This document shows, piece after piece, positions 48,050-58,280 of a stretch of DNA of 58,553 nucleotides. The notes beneath the pieces are model-generated. The model was not told the origin of the DNA. It made no database searches and worked only from the letters and a program-made list of their open reading frames with translations. A program made the position numbers and the translations under genes. Positions within the stretch are counted from its first letter, which is position 1; each line of letters begins with the position of its first letter. Where the stretch lies: the sequence record SRR20825006_787; one strand, 5' to 3'.

Positions 48050-49335
48050 ACTTCGGCGACCTGCGCTCATTGCTCCATCAACCGACCTCCATGGAGACAT
48101 GGTGGCGTATCTGTGAATTCTTCGCCTTGCTCGAACACGAGTCAGACTTCGAACAGGCCCTCGACTACGCGCTCCCGATCCTCGATCGCAGCTGGGACAG
48201 TCACACCCGCGTGGTCCCACCACACTGGCGCCCTGCCTTCACCGACGCCTCCGGCAGAACCACGAGAGACCCCTCGCAGGCGCCGACCGGGCTGCGCGTG
48301 ATCCCTGTCGAGCAAGCCTCGGCGCTGTTCACCAGCGTCACCTGCTCTGATTTCAAGTACCAGGGGTTTCATCTGGCGAAGTTCCTCCACCACAACAAAT
48401 TTCCCTCCTTGAGGCACCTGACCATCGAGGGCGCCCCCCGAGAAACCGAGGCATCATTCTTCCCCCGCATCATCGAACACATCGGGAGCTTCTCCAAACT
48501 CGAGAGCCTGCATCTGGCGGGGTTCTTCTCGGGTATTCGCAGTCAAAAGTATCGGCGCTCGCGGCTCATGGAGCTCTTCGGGCACCTCTCCGAACGAAAT
48601 ATTCGACTCCGCGTGCTCGACCTGTCACTCGACGAGCTCGATGAGGATACAGTGCTCGCGGTCCTCGAAGAAAAATCACTCCACGCGCTCGAGCACCTCG
48701 CGTTGGCCAGAAATAACCTCTCGCCAGAAGATCGCCTCGCCAACGCGCTCGACGCGCTGCCGCTCGCGAAATCCCTGGAGACGCTCGATCTCTCACACAA
48801 CAAATCACTCCCCTCGTTCGCAGACGCGATACACGAACGCGGCGCGCTCCCATCACTGACGCAGGTCTGGCTCACCTGCCCCGAGCTCGAACCGATGCGC
48901 CCACCGCTCTTCTCAGAAAAGGAACAACGCGGCATGGCCCTGACGATCCTGGACACAACGCTCGCGGATCGTGAGCGGTACACCCGAATGGACACGCGAA
49001 CCTCACGAGAAGGAGCGGCAAGCTCACAGAATAGCCAGGAAAGCCCGCGCACGGTCATACTGGACAGCAGCCTTGTCAGGTTGGGCCGAAGCGCCAGCTC
49101 GTGCGATGTTACGCTGCGGCAGAACGGCGTCTCCAGAATCCACGCGACCTTGACCCGACATGGCGACTCGATCTTCATCCGCGATTGCGACAGCACCAAC
49201 GGGGTCCAAAACTCGAGCGGAGAGAACCTCCCCTCGGGCTTTGTCAAACTCGACCCCTACGACACCGTTCACATCAGAGACTTCCAGCTACAAGTGCGCC
49301 CGCATCACGCGAGCACCATCACGGAGGAGCATTGA
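48046..49335 (+). CDS. LRR plus FHA domain protein (paralog 2)
   Basis: LEHLALARNNL, LETLDLSHN; LGRS..VSRIH..STNG; ATGA overlap with paralog 1. Confidence 0.82.
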   Translation: MNFGDLRSLLHQPTSMETWWRICEFFALLEHESDFEQALDYALPILDRSWDSHTRVVPPHWRPAFTDASGRTTRDPSQAPTGLRVIPVEQASALFTSVTCSDFKYQGFHLAKFLHHNKFPSLRHLTIEGAPRETEASFFPRIIEHIGSFSKLESLHLAGFFSGIRSQKYRRSRLMELFGHLSERNIRLRVLDLSLDELDEDTVLAVLEEKSLHALEHLALARNNLSPEDRLANALDALPLAKSLETLDLSHNKSLPSFADAIHERGALPSLTQVWLTCPELEPMRPPLFSEKEQRGMALTILDTTLADRERYTRMDTRTSREGAASSQNSQESPRTVILDSSLVRLGRSASSCDVTLRQNGVSRIHATLTRHGDSIFIRDCDSTNGVQNSSGENLPSGFVKLDPYDTVHIRDFQLQVRPHHASTITEEH

Positions 49336-50528
49336 AGGACTTCGGGGACATGCGGTCGGCGCTCCATGCCACGCCGTCCGAAGAAGCCTGGGAGAACCTC
49401 CTCGGGCACTTCGACGCGCTGGAAGGTTCCCCAGCAGAAGAGGTCGAGCGAGCGCTCGCCTACGCGACCTCACACCTCGAGCGTCACTGGCCAGATCATC
49501 TGCGCACGATCCCGCTGCGCTGGATCACCGCGCTCCAGGGGCTACGCGACGCAGGCGTGAAGCACGTGTATTACTCGGCGCCAGCGCCTCACACCGAGCG
49601 CCTGGTGCCGCTCGCCAGGAGGCTTGTCTTGAACAGCCAACACAAGCTCATGGGCGCCGGTGATATCGAGGCATTGCGCGTGCTCGGGCACCTCTCGAGG
49701 TTGACCCAGGTCGACATCGCCTCGCTATCATTTAGCAAGAAGGATGCGCTCACGCTGGCGGGGCTCATCAATCAAGGGCGCATCTCGAAGCTCTCTCTAG
49801 ACCGCGCGTTCCCGAGCTATCGCAATAACGTCAGCGAGGACCCCTCTCGAGCCTTCTTCGAAGCGCTCGATCCCGCCCCAGGCCAACTCGAACACCTCGC
49901 GCTCGTCAACCTCTCGTTGAGCGTGAACGACCTCACCGGGTTCGCGCGCAAATACGAGCTCGAGGGGTTAAAGCATCTGGACCTGCGCAGTAACATCCTG
50001 ACCGATCCGATGCTCGAGCAGCTCTGCAGAGCGCCGCTCGCAGCAACCCTCGAATCGCTCTCGCTCTCGGATAACTTCTTCTCGCGCGATGGGCTCGCGA
50101 TCCTGGAAGATCCCGACAACCTCCCCTCCTTGAAGAAACTCGTCGTCTACGAATTGCCGCTCTCACAGCATGTCGAGCGCGCGCTCGACGCGCGCGGCGT
50201 CGAGGTCCAGCGCTTCGAACACCCCATCGCCATTCGCGCGCTCGTGAACAAGCGAGGAGGACTCGAGCGCGAGATCTACATGCCCGCGATCGCGACCATC
50301 GGTCGCGATCGTTCGTCGACGATCGTGTTGAGCGACAGCGCGGTCACGAGACAGCACGCCATCTTCGAGCTCGAAGATGGCGTGGTCACATTGAGCGAGG
50401 CCACAAGCGGCTCGCTGTATATAGACAGCGCCTGTGTCACAGGAAAGGTAGAGGTCTTGGCCAACAACAGGATCGCGATCGGCCAACACATCTTCTCCGA
50501 GGTGCAACCGCTACCCCGAGAAGAGTGA
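49332..50528 (+). CDS. LRR plus FHA domain protein (paralog 3)
   Basis: TTG start after GGAGG overlapping the previous stop; LKHLDLRSNIL; IGRD..VTRQH. Confidence 0.78.
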   Translation: MKDFGDMRSALHATPSEEAWENLLGHFDALEGSPAEEVERALAYATSHLERHWPDHLRTIPLRWITALQGLRDAGVKHVYYSAPAPHTERLVPLARRLVLNSQHKLMGAGDIEALRVLGHLSRLTQVDIASLSFSKKDALTLAGLINQGRISKLSLDRAFPSYRNNVSEDPSRAFFEALDPAPGQLEHLALVNLSLSVNDLTGFARKYELEGLKHLDLRSNILTDPMLEQLCRAPLAATLESLSLSDNFFSRDGLAILEDPDNLPSLKKLVVYELPLSQHVERALDARGVEVQRFEHPIAIRALVNKRGGLEREIYMPAIATIGRDRSSTIVLSDSAVTRQHAIFELEDGVVTLSEATSGSLYIDSACVTGKVEVLANNRIAIGQHIFSEVQPLPREE

Positions 50529-50533
50529 ACCGC

Positions 50534-52480
50534 TCAACACGCCTCATCATCGGCGCAAGTCCAACGATAACCGAGGATCAGGATCGCCAGCGTGTTCCCC
50601 ATGCCAAAGAACTCCCAACAATACTGGGGCATGATCGCCGCGGCGATCGCGGCGAAGGCGTAGAGAACCCCGGCGACGATCGCCAGCGGTTCGACGAGCA
50701 CCCCCATCGTCAACGTGATCATGGCATAGGCGAGCACCTCCATGGCGATCCCGTCGAGGGGCTCGATCTTCAGGAGCGCCATCATCACGCGCGCGAGGAA
50801 CCCGGTCAGGACGATCACTCCCAGAAACCGCATCAGGCGCAGGTTGATCTGATTGACCACGACCATCGAACGCATGGCGCCACCGATCACGGCGATCGCC
50901 GCCGCGACCGTGACGCTGGAGGCGATCATATTCTGGTAGGTCAGCTCGAAGAGGTTGGCGCGCAGCGCGAACCCCACGCCGAATGAACCGACGCTCCAGA
51001 TCGCGCCCACGAGGAAGGTTAAAATACCGCGCTGTCGCCTCGCCATCGAGAGATCCATCGACCTCTCCATCCGCTCGAGTTCTTCGAGGCGCTTGCTCTC
51101 GCGTTCCTTTCGAGATCGCAGCCGCTCGATCTTCTCGAGCAACGCAGGGTCCAGGTCATCGACCTCGACCAACAACGCCTCGACCTCGACGAGGTTGCCC
51201 GAGGCAACCTCGATGGCGAGCATCGCCATGGACGCGCGGCGCAAACCCTGACGCGCGTCCGCATTCTCGGCCCAGATGCGAAGCGCCTGCTGGTAACCGA
51301 AGCGACAGGTGCCAAAGAGCCCATGCGCGGCGGTGACCTCTTCGCTGGCGAGCTCGTCTTGCTGTGAAAGTGCCTCCAACTCCGAGAGCGTCTGCGCCAA
51401 GTCGCGCGCGATCTGGCGCGAGCTGCGGTGGCGACGGAACGCCGCGAGCGCCTGCCGGAACGCCTCGGCGTCCTCGAACCTCTCGTCAGGCTCGACATGC
51501 ATCGCCCGGTTGCAGAGCTCGGCGAGTTCTTCGGGGATGTCCTGATGCGCCGAGTAATCGAACGGCTCCGAGCGATAGGCCGAAAACATGATCGAGTAGA
51601 GGTCGGAGCCAAGGTGACGCACCTGCCCGACGAGCAGCTCGTGGAGGATCGCGCCGAGCAGGTAGACGTCCGTGCGCGGCCCGAGCTTGTGAGCGTCACC
51701 GGCGGCCATCTCGGGCGCCATATAACCCGGCGTGCCAGCAGGCTGGTTGGCATCGCTGGCGAGCGGGAGCTGCGTGTTCTCATCCTCGACCATCGCCACG
51801 GCGATCCCCCAATCGACGAGATAAACCTCACCGAAGGGGCCGAGCATGACGTTGTCCGGCTTGATGTCACGGTGGAGGATGTGCCTGCTGTTGGCAAAGT
51901 GCACCGCCTTGCAGACATCATCGAGGATGTCGAGATCGGCCTCGAGCCGATCCTCTCTGGAGAAGATCTCGGGGAGGCGATCGGGCTCCTCGATGGCATC
52001 GGCCCAGGAGACCCCTTCCACGCGCTTCATCACGAACAGCGGACACCCGTGCTCGTCCACGCCGAGGGAGTGCACGGGGATAATGTTCGGGTGTTCGAGG
52101 CGGCCTGTGATCCAGGCCTCTCTCAAGAGCTCCCGGCTCGCGCTCGTGGAGCGGCGATCCTCTCTGATGGTCTTTACGGCGACCTCACGACCGATGGTGC
52201 TCTGGCGCGCGAGGTAGACGACCCCCATGCCGCCCTGCCCCAGCGTGGCAGTGACGCGGAGTTCACCATCACTCTGCCTGGACGCGGTTAACCTGGGCAA
52301 CTCGTCGACGAGGACGCCGAGCTCTCTGGATTGACGGAGCGCGGGAGGAACGAGTGTCTCGCCACCCTCTATCACCAGCGTCTCCGCCTCGGCATCCATT
52401 TGGAGGGTGTCCCAGATCGTCTCCCAACGCTCTCGGACGCCATCATGCGCCGGAGCATCTGCATCAGGAGCTCGATTCAT
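50534..52480 (-). CDS. Ser/Thr kinase with coiled coil and multi-TM C-terminus (paralog A)
   Basis: GQGGMG, VAVK, HRDIKPDN, DWG, GTPGYMAPE; start 52480 or 52507. Confidence 0.9.
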   Translation of the reverse strand: MNRAPDADAPAHDGVRERWETIWDTLQMDAEAETLVIEGGETLVPPALRQSRELGVLVDELPRLTASRQSDGELRVTATLGQGGMGVVYLARQSTIGREVAVKTIREDRRSTSASRELLREAWITGRLEHPNIIPVHSLGVDEHGCPLFVMKRVEGVSWADAIEEPDRLPEIFSREDRLEADLDILDDVCKAVHFANSRHILHRDIKPDNVMLGPFGEVYLVDWGIAVAMVEDENTQLPLASDANQPAGTPGYMAPEMAAGDAHKLGPRTDVYLLGAILHELLVGQVRHLGSDLYSIMFSAYRSEPFDYSAHQDIPEELAELCNRAMHVEPDERFEDAEAFRQALAAFRRHRSSRQIARDLAQTLSELEALSQQDELASEEVTAAHGLFGTCRFGYQQALRIWAENADARQGLRRASMAMLAIEVASGNLVEVEALLVEVDDLDPALLEKIERLRSRKERESKRLEELERMERSMDLSMARRQRGILTFLVGAIWSVGSFGVGFALRANLFELTYQNMIASSVTVAAAIAVIGGAMRSMVVVNQINLRLMRFLGVIVLTGFLARVMMALLKIEPLDGIAMEVLAYAMITLTMGVLVEPLAIVAGVLYAFAAIAAAIMPQYCWEFFGMGNTLAILILGYRWTCADDEAC

Positions 52481-54395
52481 ACGAATCTCCGATTTCGTCC
52501 CCGCCATGGAGCGTCCAGATGGCGCCGATACAACCGAGCAGGATCAGGTTCACCGCGACGCGAATCGGCCAGCTGTACTCGGGCATAAAGAATGTGCCGA
52601 CGCCGCTCAACAGGCAAAGCGGACCGAGCTTGACCAGGCGCCTGTCCGAGAAGAGCCCGACCCCCATGGTGAAGAACGTGTAGAAGATGGACTCGAAGAT
52701 CACCGTCTGCTCGGTCGTCATCCCCTGGATCAGCCCACCGAAACGGATCGCGACGCCCGCGAGCATCAGGAAGCCGAGCGCGTGGATCACGTTCTTGCCA
52801 AAGTCATTGAGCTTCACCTTCACGACGATGGCCGTCAGGATCAACATCGAGATGGCCAGGTCGACGAGCTTGAACTGGAAGATCTCCCAGTCATCGAGCC
52901 GCAGCCAGCCTATCTGCGTGAGGATCACCTGGACGATGTTGAGCAGCGCCAGCGAGAGCGCCAGCATGACCATGGCGATGCCTCGTTGGCGGCGATCGGC
53001 GCGAGGGTCGCGCTCGCGCTCCGCCGCCTCGAGCGCCTCGATCCTCTTTCGCTCCGCGTCGATCTCTTGCTCTAACTCTTCGAGGCGCTGCGAGAGAGCG
53101 CCCTCGTCATCCTGGATCTCCTGGAGCAGCGAGCGCGCGGCGACCACGTTGTGTTGCTCGATCTCGAGCATGATCATCGTGCGCACGGTGCGCTCGAGCC
53201 CATCGAGAGAGTCCTTGTTGTCTGGCCAGATCTCGAGCGCCTGCTCGAACCCGAAGCGACACTCGCCATACAACCTGTATGCCTTGATCAGATGCTCCTC
53301 GCCAAAGGTCTCGATCTCGCTGGCGAGCGCCTCGAAGCGCTCGAGGCTCGCGAGGGCTTTCTTCGAGACGCTGATCGAGGCGCGGTGGCGGCGGTACTCG
53401 GCGACCGCGCGGCGCAGCTCCTCGGCGTTCTGATAGCGCTCGGTGATTTCCTTGTGCGTGGCGCGGTTGCAGATCTCTGCGAGCGCATCGGGGACATCAT
53501 CCGCGTACTCGAAGGGCGCGGATCGAAACGCCGCGAACATCGTCGAGAAGAGGTCCTTGCCATGGTGTCTGGACTCCCCGGTGAGCACGAAATGCAGCGT
53601 CGCGCCGAGCAAGTAGACATCTGTCCACGGCCCGAAGTCTTCGGTCTTCACGCCCGCCATTTCAGGCGCCATGAACGCGGGCGTTCCCGCCGGCGAGGAG
53701 ATATCGCACACCGAGGGGATGGCGTGCTCGTTATCATCGAGCGCGATGGCGATCCCCCAGTCGACGAGATAAATCTCACCGAAGGACCCGAGCATGACGT
53801 TGTCTGGCTTGATATCTCGGTGGAGGATCTTTCGACTGTGCGCGAAGTGTGCCGCGCGGCACACCTGCTCGAAGATCTCGAGGTGCACCTCGAGCTCATC
53901 CTCTCCCTCATAATACTCGGGCAAGCGATCGGGCTCCTCGATGGCATCAGCCCAGGAGACCCCCTCCACGCGCTTCATCACAAACAGGGGGCGTTGGCGC
54001 TCGTCGATGCCGATCGAGTGCACGGGGATGATGTTCGGGTGTTCGAGGCGGCCCGTGATCCAGGCCTCTCTCAAGAGCTCCTGGTTGGCGGTCGTCGAGG
54101 TGTTGGAGTCGCGGATGGTCTTGACGGCGACCTCGCGACCGATGGTGGTTTGCTCGGCGAGCCAGACGACCCCCATGCCGCCCTCGCCGAGTACGTTCTT
54201 GACCTGAATATCACGCTGTTCGCTGTAATCTTCGAGGCGATCGGCGGCGTTGGTGCGCGCGACCTCGGCGCTGCGCATGGTGGTCGAGTAGAGCGTCTCG
54301 TCCTGTGCGGCCATTGTCTCGCGCGTGATCGCGAAGGTGTCCCAGCGATCACGCCAGACTTGTGTGACTCGGTCGTCCTGCTCGTCGATACTCAT
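52464..54395 (-). CDS. Ser/Thr kinase with coiled coil and multi-TM C-terminus (paralog B)
   Basis: GEGGMG, HRDIKPDN, DWG, GTPAFMAPE; long identical stretches shared with paralog A. Confidence 0.9.
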   Translation of the reverse strand: MSIDEQDDRVTQVWRDRWDTFAITRETMAAQDETLYSTTMRSAEVARTNAADRLEDYSEQRDIQVKNVLGEGGMGVVWLAEQTTIGREVAVKTIRDSNTSTTANQELLREAWITGRLEHPNIIPVHSIGIDERQRPLFVMKRVEGVSWADAIEEPDRLPEYYEGEDELEVHLEIFEQVCRAAHFAHSRKILHRDIKPDNVMLGSFGEIYLVDWGIAIALDDNEHAIPSVCDISSPAGTPAFMAPEMAGVKTEDFGPWTDVYLLGATLHFVLTGESRHHGKDLFSTMFAAFRSAPFEYADDVPDALAEICNRATHKEITERYQNAEELRRAVAEYRRHRASISVSKKALASLERFEALASEIETFGEEHLIKAYRLYGECRFGFEQALEIWPDNKDSLDGLERTVRTMIMLEIEQHNVVAARSLLQEIQDDEGALSQRLEELEQEIDAERKRIEALEAAERERDPRADRRQRGIAMVMLALSLALLNIVQVILTQIGWLRLDDWEIFQFKLVDLAISMLILTAIVVKVKLNDFGKNVIHALGFLMLAGVAIRFGGLIQGMTTEQTVIFESIFYTFFTMGVGLFSDRRLVKLGPLCLLSGVGTFFMPEYSWPIRVAVNLILLGCIGAIWTLHGGDEIGDSYESSS

Positions 54396-54419
54396 CAGTA
54401 AAACCGCGCATGGGAGAAA

Positions 54420-55496
54420 TCACTCCTCGGCGGCTGGCTCACAGACGCCTTCGGGAGGGAAGTTATCGGGGACCTCGCACAACCCGACAATGGCGCCACA
54501 CTGATCTCCGCAGACAAGCGGGTAGTTCTCGGGTGCCTTCCCTTCGGGAACCCAATAACCGACCAGCGCTTCGGAGCCGCCTTCTTTCACCTGGGTGCGC
54601 CCGCCAATCGTGACGTAGAGACGCTCGAAGCTCAAGGTTCCTTCAAAACGATCGACGCCATTTTCATCCTTGATAACCTCGGCGTTCAGGCGCGTGGCCT
54701 CGAGCACGACATCGATCCCCATGTTGGGGAGGCGAATATCGATGGGGTCGGTCTCGAGCAAGCGGCGATCATCCTCGGTCAGTTTTACGAAACCTTCGAT
54801 GTGCACGGCCCAACCCTGCTCGGTGGGGTCGACGATCAAGTTCTCGGGGTCCACCGTTGTCTTTGGCGCGCCGTTGATCTCATCGCCCTCTCCGCCCGCC
54901 ATATAAAAGCGGCCATCCTCGAGCACCCTCACATCACTGATCAGCGTCAGGACGGCGGGGATCGGCTTGTCGATGATCGAGGAGAAGATGAAGACGCCAT
55001 CCTCGAAGGGGACGGGCCTGTCATTGAACCGACCGTTCGGGTCCCGAAACTGGATGTTGTAGTATGTGCTCACGCCTGTTTCGTAGCCATCGCGATCGGC
55101 CAGACCGCTGCGCACTTCCAAGATCAATGGCGTGCCAGGCCGACCGATTCCGGCAGGGTCAAAGGCGAGCTCGGCGCCGATAATTCCGTCATCGTCTTCG
55201 ACCGCGGTGATGCTCAACCCGTCGCAGTCAGCGTCCTCGAGGCTGCAAGAGGCGACGACAGGCTCGGCGTCCTCCGGGATCTCGAGCTCCTCATCGAGCT
55301 GGGTTTGCCAGACGCGAACCTCGAAGCTCGAAGAGTCGATCGGCTCGCTGAAGTCGAGCTTGACCGGATCACCGGCGTCAAAAGCTCCGACCTCGGGGAG
55401 GATCATCGAAACCTCCGGGGGAGGATCGTAGACAAAGTTTGAACACCCGCCCAGCGCCAAGGCCAGACTAAAAAGTGAACACGAAACGATTTTCAA
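54420..55496 (-). CDS. Lipoprotein with Ig-like domain
   Basis: Lipobox LGGC; LDFSEPID; Cys-rich C-terminal tail; start uncertain (55496, 55517 or 55529). Confidence 0.7.
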   Translation of the reverse strand: MKIVSCSLFSLALALGGCSNFVYDPPPEVSMILPEVGAFDAGDPVKLDFSEPIDSSSFEVRVWQTQLDEELEIPEDAEPVVASCSLEDADCDGLSITAVEDDDGIIGAELAFDPAGIGRPGTPLILEVRSGLADRDGYETGVSTYYNIQFRDPNGRFNDRPVPFEDGVFIFSSIIDKPIPAVLTLISDVRVLEDGRFYMAGGEGDEINGAPKTTVDPENLIVDPTEQGWAVHIEGFVKLTEDDRRLLETDPIDIRLPNMGIDVVLEATRLNAEVIKDENGVDRFEGTLSFERLYVTIGGRTQVKEGGSEALVGYWVPEGKAPENYPLVCGDQCGAIVGLCEVPDNFPPEGVCEPAAEE

Positions 55497-57222
55497 TGAT
55501 GTAAGAGTTGACCGCATCGCCGTTCTCATCTTGGAGGGAGTTGCCGGGGAAAAGTATACCGCCTTCGACGACCCAATCGAAATGCTTCTTGAGATTCCAA
55601 CCGAGCTGGGCGTCGACCTCGACCCCGTAGAAGTTACCGGGCGAGCCGCCGTGAAAGTTCACCGCGTCATCGCGAATTTCGCTCCCGTCCTCGGAGAGCG
55701 TCGTCATCACGGGATCCACCAGGCCGATTTCATCCTCGGGCCAGGCGATCAAAGCGCCGGAGCGAAGCCAGACGCGGTGATCGTCATTTCGGACGAGATC
55801 GACATAGATTTGAGGAAAGAGCGCGACGGCGTTGGTAAAGCGCCCGTCGGTCTGCACCTCGGTCAGCGGGAAGGACTCCACGTCGAGGTCCGAGAGGTTC
55901 TCGACGCCGACGGCCACAGAGCGCGCGGACTCGAACGCGATGATGTGCTCGAAGAGGAGCAGGCCGACGTTCATATCGCGCGCGAAGCTAAACGATGTGA
56001 TCGGCGTGCTCGAGCGAGGATCACCATCTCCCGAGGCGTAGTCGAACTCCATCGTGAGGACGACGCGCCCGAGGTTCACATCGGCCACGGCGCGAGCGCC
56101 ATGGGCGGTGAGTTGCTGTCGCTGAGGTTCGGCGCTCGAGAGCGCGGCGAATCCTTCCGAGATCTCGCGCGTCTTGCCGCGCGTGTGGATGTACTGGAGC
56201 TCGAGGTCGAGGTTCTCGATGCTGGCGCTGGCGATAAAAGGGAGCCCGAAAACGTCTGTATCGAACTGCTCGTTCCGCAGGTACACCGCGCGACCGCCGA
56301 CCAGCACGTTGCCCCAGTCAAACCCGAGCCAATCGGCGCTCTTCCTACGAAGCTCGAGCGCCATGCCCATCTGACGAAGGTCATCGCCAAGGATCTGAAC
56401 GTCATCCTGCTTCATGAAGTCGTAGAAGAGCGCGAAGACCACGCCCGAATCGAGCGAGGTGTTGGGGATATGATCGGGATTGCTCGCGATCTTGATCGCC
56501 TCGTCGATCTTTGTCCCGAAGAGGATGCGATCGACGGCGTCAGAGTACTTGCTCACACCGAAGCGGTTATAGCGTCCACCGTCGTGACCAGCGATCGAGG
56601 CGCCATAACTGATCGGCTGGCGCCCCACGCGAAGCAACCCGAGCGGCAGGATCACGTCCCCATAGAGGTAGTTGAGCTCGAAGGCAGGCGCGGCCTCGAG
56701 CACTGGGATATACGAGGTCCGCTCGAAGGCGTCCGCGTCCTCATTGGGGAGGCCGACGGTCCAACGCGTCAGGTTGGGGACCTTGGATGAGAGCGAGATG
56801 CCCGAGTTACTCGATGGATCGCCTGCGAAGTCGCCGTTATCACCAAACAGCACGCCATCGAGCGCGTCCCCCTGGAAAGTGATGCGGCCAAGCCCTGGCT
56901 TGGAGAGTGACGCGTCGAGACGCATTCGCTGCTCGGTCCACTGCATGACCGGGACCTGGGTCCCGCTTAGCTCGAGGGGTTCGATGCGGGTCGAGCGCAC
57001 GCGCAGCTGACCGCTCACATCATACGCCGTCCCGCGGGGTTTCTCGTCTTTGGGTGCGGCCTGAGCGCTGGCCGCCTGCTCGAACGCAGTAAAGGTGATC
57101 AAAGCACACAACGATGCGATGGCAACGCACCGCGCATTCCTAATAAAACGCAAAGACCTCTCCTTGAACCGGGGGCTCCTGGATCGCGACGTCTGTGATT
57201 CATGCTGCATGGCCGCAGGCAT
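55468..57222 (-). CDS. Outer-membrane beta-barrel protein (alginate-export-like)
   Basis: Signal peptide, LRVGRQP, YASGD, GVEVD, C-terminal FVFTF. Confidence 0.72.
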   Translation of the reverse strand: MPAAMQHESQTSRSRSPRFKERSLRFIRNARCVAIASLCALITFTAFEQAASAQAAPKDEKPRGTAYDVSGQLRVRSTRIEPLELSGTQVPVMQWTEQRMRLDASLSKPGLGRITFQGDALDGVLFGDNGDFAGDPSSNSGISLSSKVPNLTRWTVGLPNEDADAFERTSYIPVLEAAPAFELNYLYGDVILPLGLLRVGRQPISYGASIAGHDGGRYNRFGVSKYSDAVDRILFGTKIDEAIKIASNPDHIPNTSLDSGVVFALFYDFMKQDDVQILGDDLRQMGMALELRRKSADWLGFDWGNVLVGGRAVYLRNEQFDTDVFGLPFIASASIENLDLELQYIHTRGKTREISEGFAALSSAEPQRQQLTAHGARAVADVNLGRVVLTMEFDYASGDGDPRSSTPITSFSFARDMNVGLLLFEHIIAFESARSVAVGVENLSDLDVESFPLTEVQTDGRFTNAVALFPQIYVDLVRNDDHRVWLRSGALIAWPEDEIGLVDPVMTTLSEDGSEIRDDAVNFHGGSPGNFYGVEVDAQLGWNLKKHFDWVVEGGILFPGNSLQDENGDAVNSYIIENRFVFTF

Positions 57223-57283
57223 GAAACCAACTCAACTGTCAGATGCATCAAGCATAAAACATCACGAGGGGTGCGCAAGAGGT

Positions 57284-57322
57284 GAAAAACGAAAAACCGA
57301 CCTAAAGGTCGGTTTTTCGTTT
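57284..57322 (-). terminator. Terminator at the end of the tRNA array
   Basis: AAACGAAAAACCGACC-TAAA-GGTCGGTTTTTCGTTT inverted repeat containing T tracts. Confidence 0.7.
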
Positions 57323-57338
57323 CGCGCTGGCAGGAGAA

Positions 57339-57412
57339 TGACCCAGGTGGGACTCGAACCCACAACATACCGATTTTAAGTCGGCTGCCTCTGCCGATTG
57401 GGCTACTGGGCC
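57339..57412 (-). tRNA. tRNA-Leu(TAA), short variable loop
   Basis: GGCCCAG/CTGGGTC, GCCGA CTTAAAA TCGGT, A73, no CCA. Confidence 0.85.
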
Positions 57413-57416
57413 ACAA

Positions 57417-57489
57417 TGCCTCGGGTGGGATTCGAACCCACAACACATCGGTTCTGAGCCGACGTCCTCTGCCGTTGGGATACCGAGGC
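57417..57489 (-). tRNA. tRNA-Leu(CAG), short variable loop
   Basis: GCCTCGG/CCGAGGC, loop CTCAGAA. Confidence 0.85.
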
Positions 57490-57496
57490 AAACAAG

Positions 57497-57582
57497 AGGG
57501 CGAGGTGGGGTTCGAACCCACAGGACATGAGAGCTCGCGATTTGCAATCGCGCCCCGCTGCCAATTACGGGACTACTCGCCC
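57497..57582 (-). tRNA. tRNA-Cys(GCA), long variable region
   Basis: GGGCGAG/CTCGCCC, loop TTGCAAA, U73. Confidence 0.8.
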
Positions 57583-57616
57583 TTGTTTGTATGCGCGCCA
57601 ACCTTTGGTTGGCGCA

Positions 57617-57689
57617 TGCCCTGGGTGGGACTCGAACCCACAACGCACCGATTCTGAGCCGGCGTCCTCTGCCATTGGGATACCAGGGC
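57617..57689 (-). tRNA. tRNA-Leu(CAG), short variable loop
   Basis: GCCCTGG/CCAGGGC, loop CTCAGAA. Confidence 0.85.
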
Positions 57690-57727
57690 TTATGTGACCT
57701 GCAACTCGGGAGAGAGCGAGCAGGTGA

Positions 57728-57802
57728 TGCCTCGAGTGGGGCTCGAACCCACAACGCACCGATCCTTAGTCGGCGTCCTCTGCCAGATTGGGATACCGAG
57801 GC
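57728..57802 (-). tRNA. tRNA-Leu(AAG), A34
   Basis: GCCTCGG/TCGAGGC, GCCGA CTAAGGA TCGGT. Confidence 0.82.
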
Positions 57803-57827
57803 AAACAGGAGCGTTCAGGCTCCCGAG

Positions 57828-57912
57828 AGGGCAAGGAGGGATTCGAACCCACAAGGCGTAAAGCTCTCGATTTGCAATCGAGCCCCGCTTCCAATTACGA
57901 GTCTACTTGCCC
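57828..57912 (-). tRNA. tRNA-Cys(GCA), long variable region
   Basis: GGGCAAG/CTTGCCC, CTCGA TTGCAAA TCGAG, U73. Confidence 0.8.
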
Positions 57913-57959
57913 CTATGTGTGGTCCTTCGCGCGAGTCGTCAGAGCTTCTCGACAAGCGA

Positions 57960-58033
57960 GAAACAACGCAGGACTCGAACCCGCATCACTCTGAGTTGCG
58001 ATCAGATGCCTCTTCCAATTGGGCTAGTATGTA
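57960..58033 (-). tRNA. Degenerate tRNA-like gene (loop TCGCAAC, GCA anticodon)
   Basis: D, anticodon and T arms intact; acceptor TACATAC/GTTGTTT poorly paired. Confidence 0.5.
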
Positions 58034-58063
58034 AGCTCCAACCGTAAGGGCGCGAAGGACCAG

Positions 58064-58136
58064 TGCCTCGGGCGGGACTCGAACCCACAACATACCGATT
58101 CTTAGCCGGCATCCTCTGCCATTGGGATACCGAGGC
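58064..58136 (-). tRNA. tRNA-Leu(AAG), A34
   Basis: GCCTCGG/CCGAGGC, loop CTAAGAA. Confidence 0.82.
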
Positions 58137-58170
58137 ATCGCTTCATGCGTTTCTGGCGCATGAACACGAG

Positions 58171-58254
58171 TGGACAGGGAGGGACTCGAACCCCCAAGGT
58201 CGAAAGACAGCTGGGTTACAACCAACCACGCTACCGATTACGTTCTACCCGTCC
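58171..58254 (-). tRNA. tRNA-Tyr(GTA)
   Basis: GGACGGG/CCTGTCC, loop TTGTAAC, variable arm, A73. Confidence 0.82.
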
Positions 58255-58280
58255 ATATGCTCGCCAACGCTGGCGAGCAG

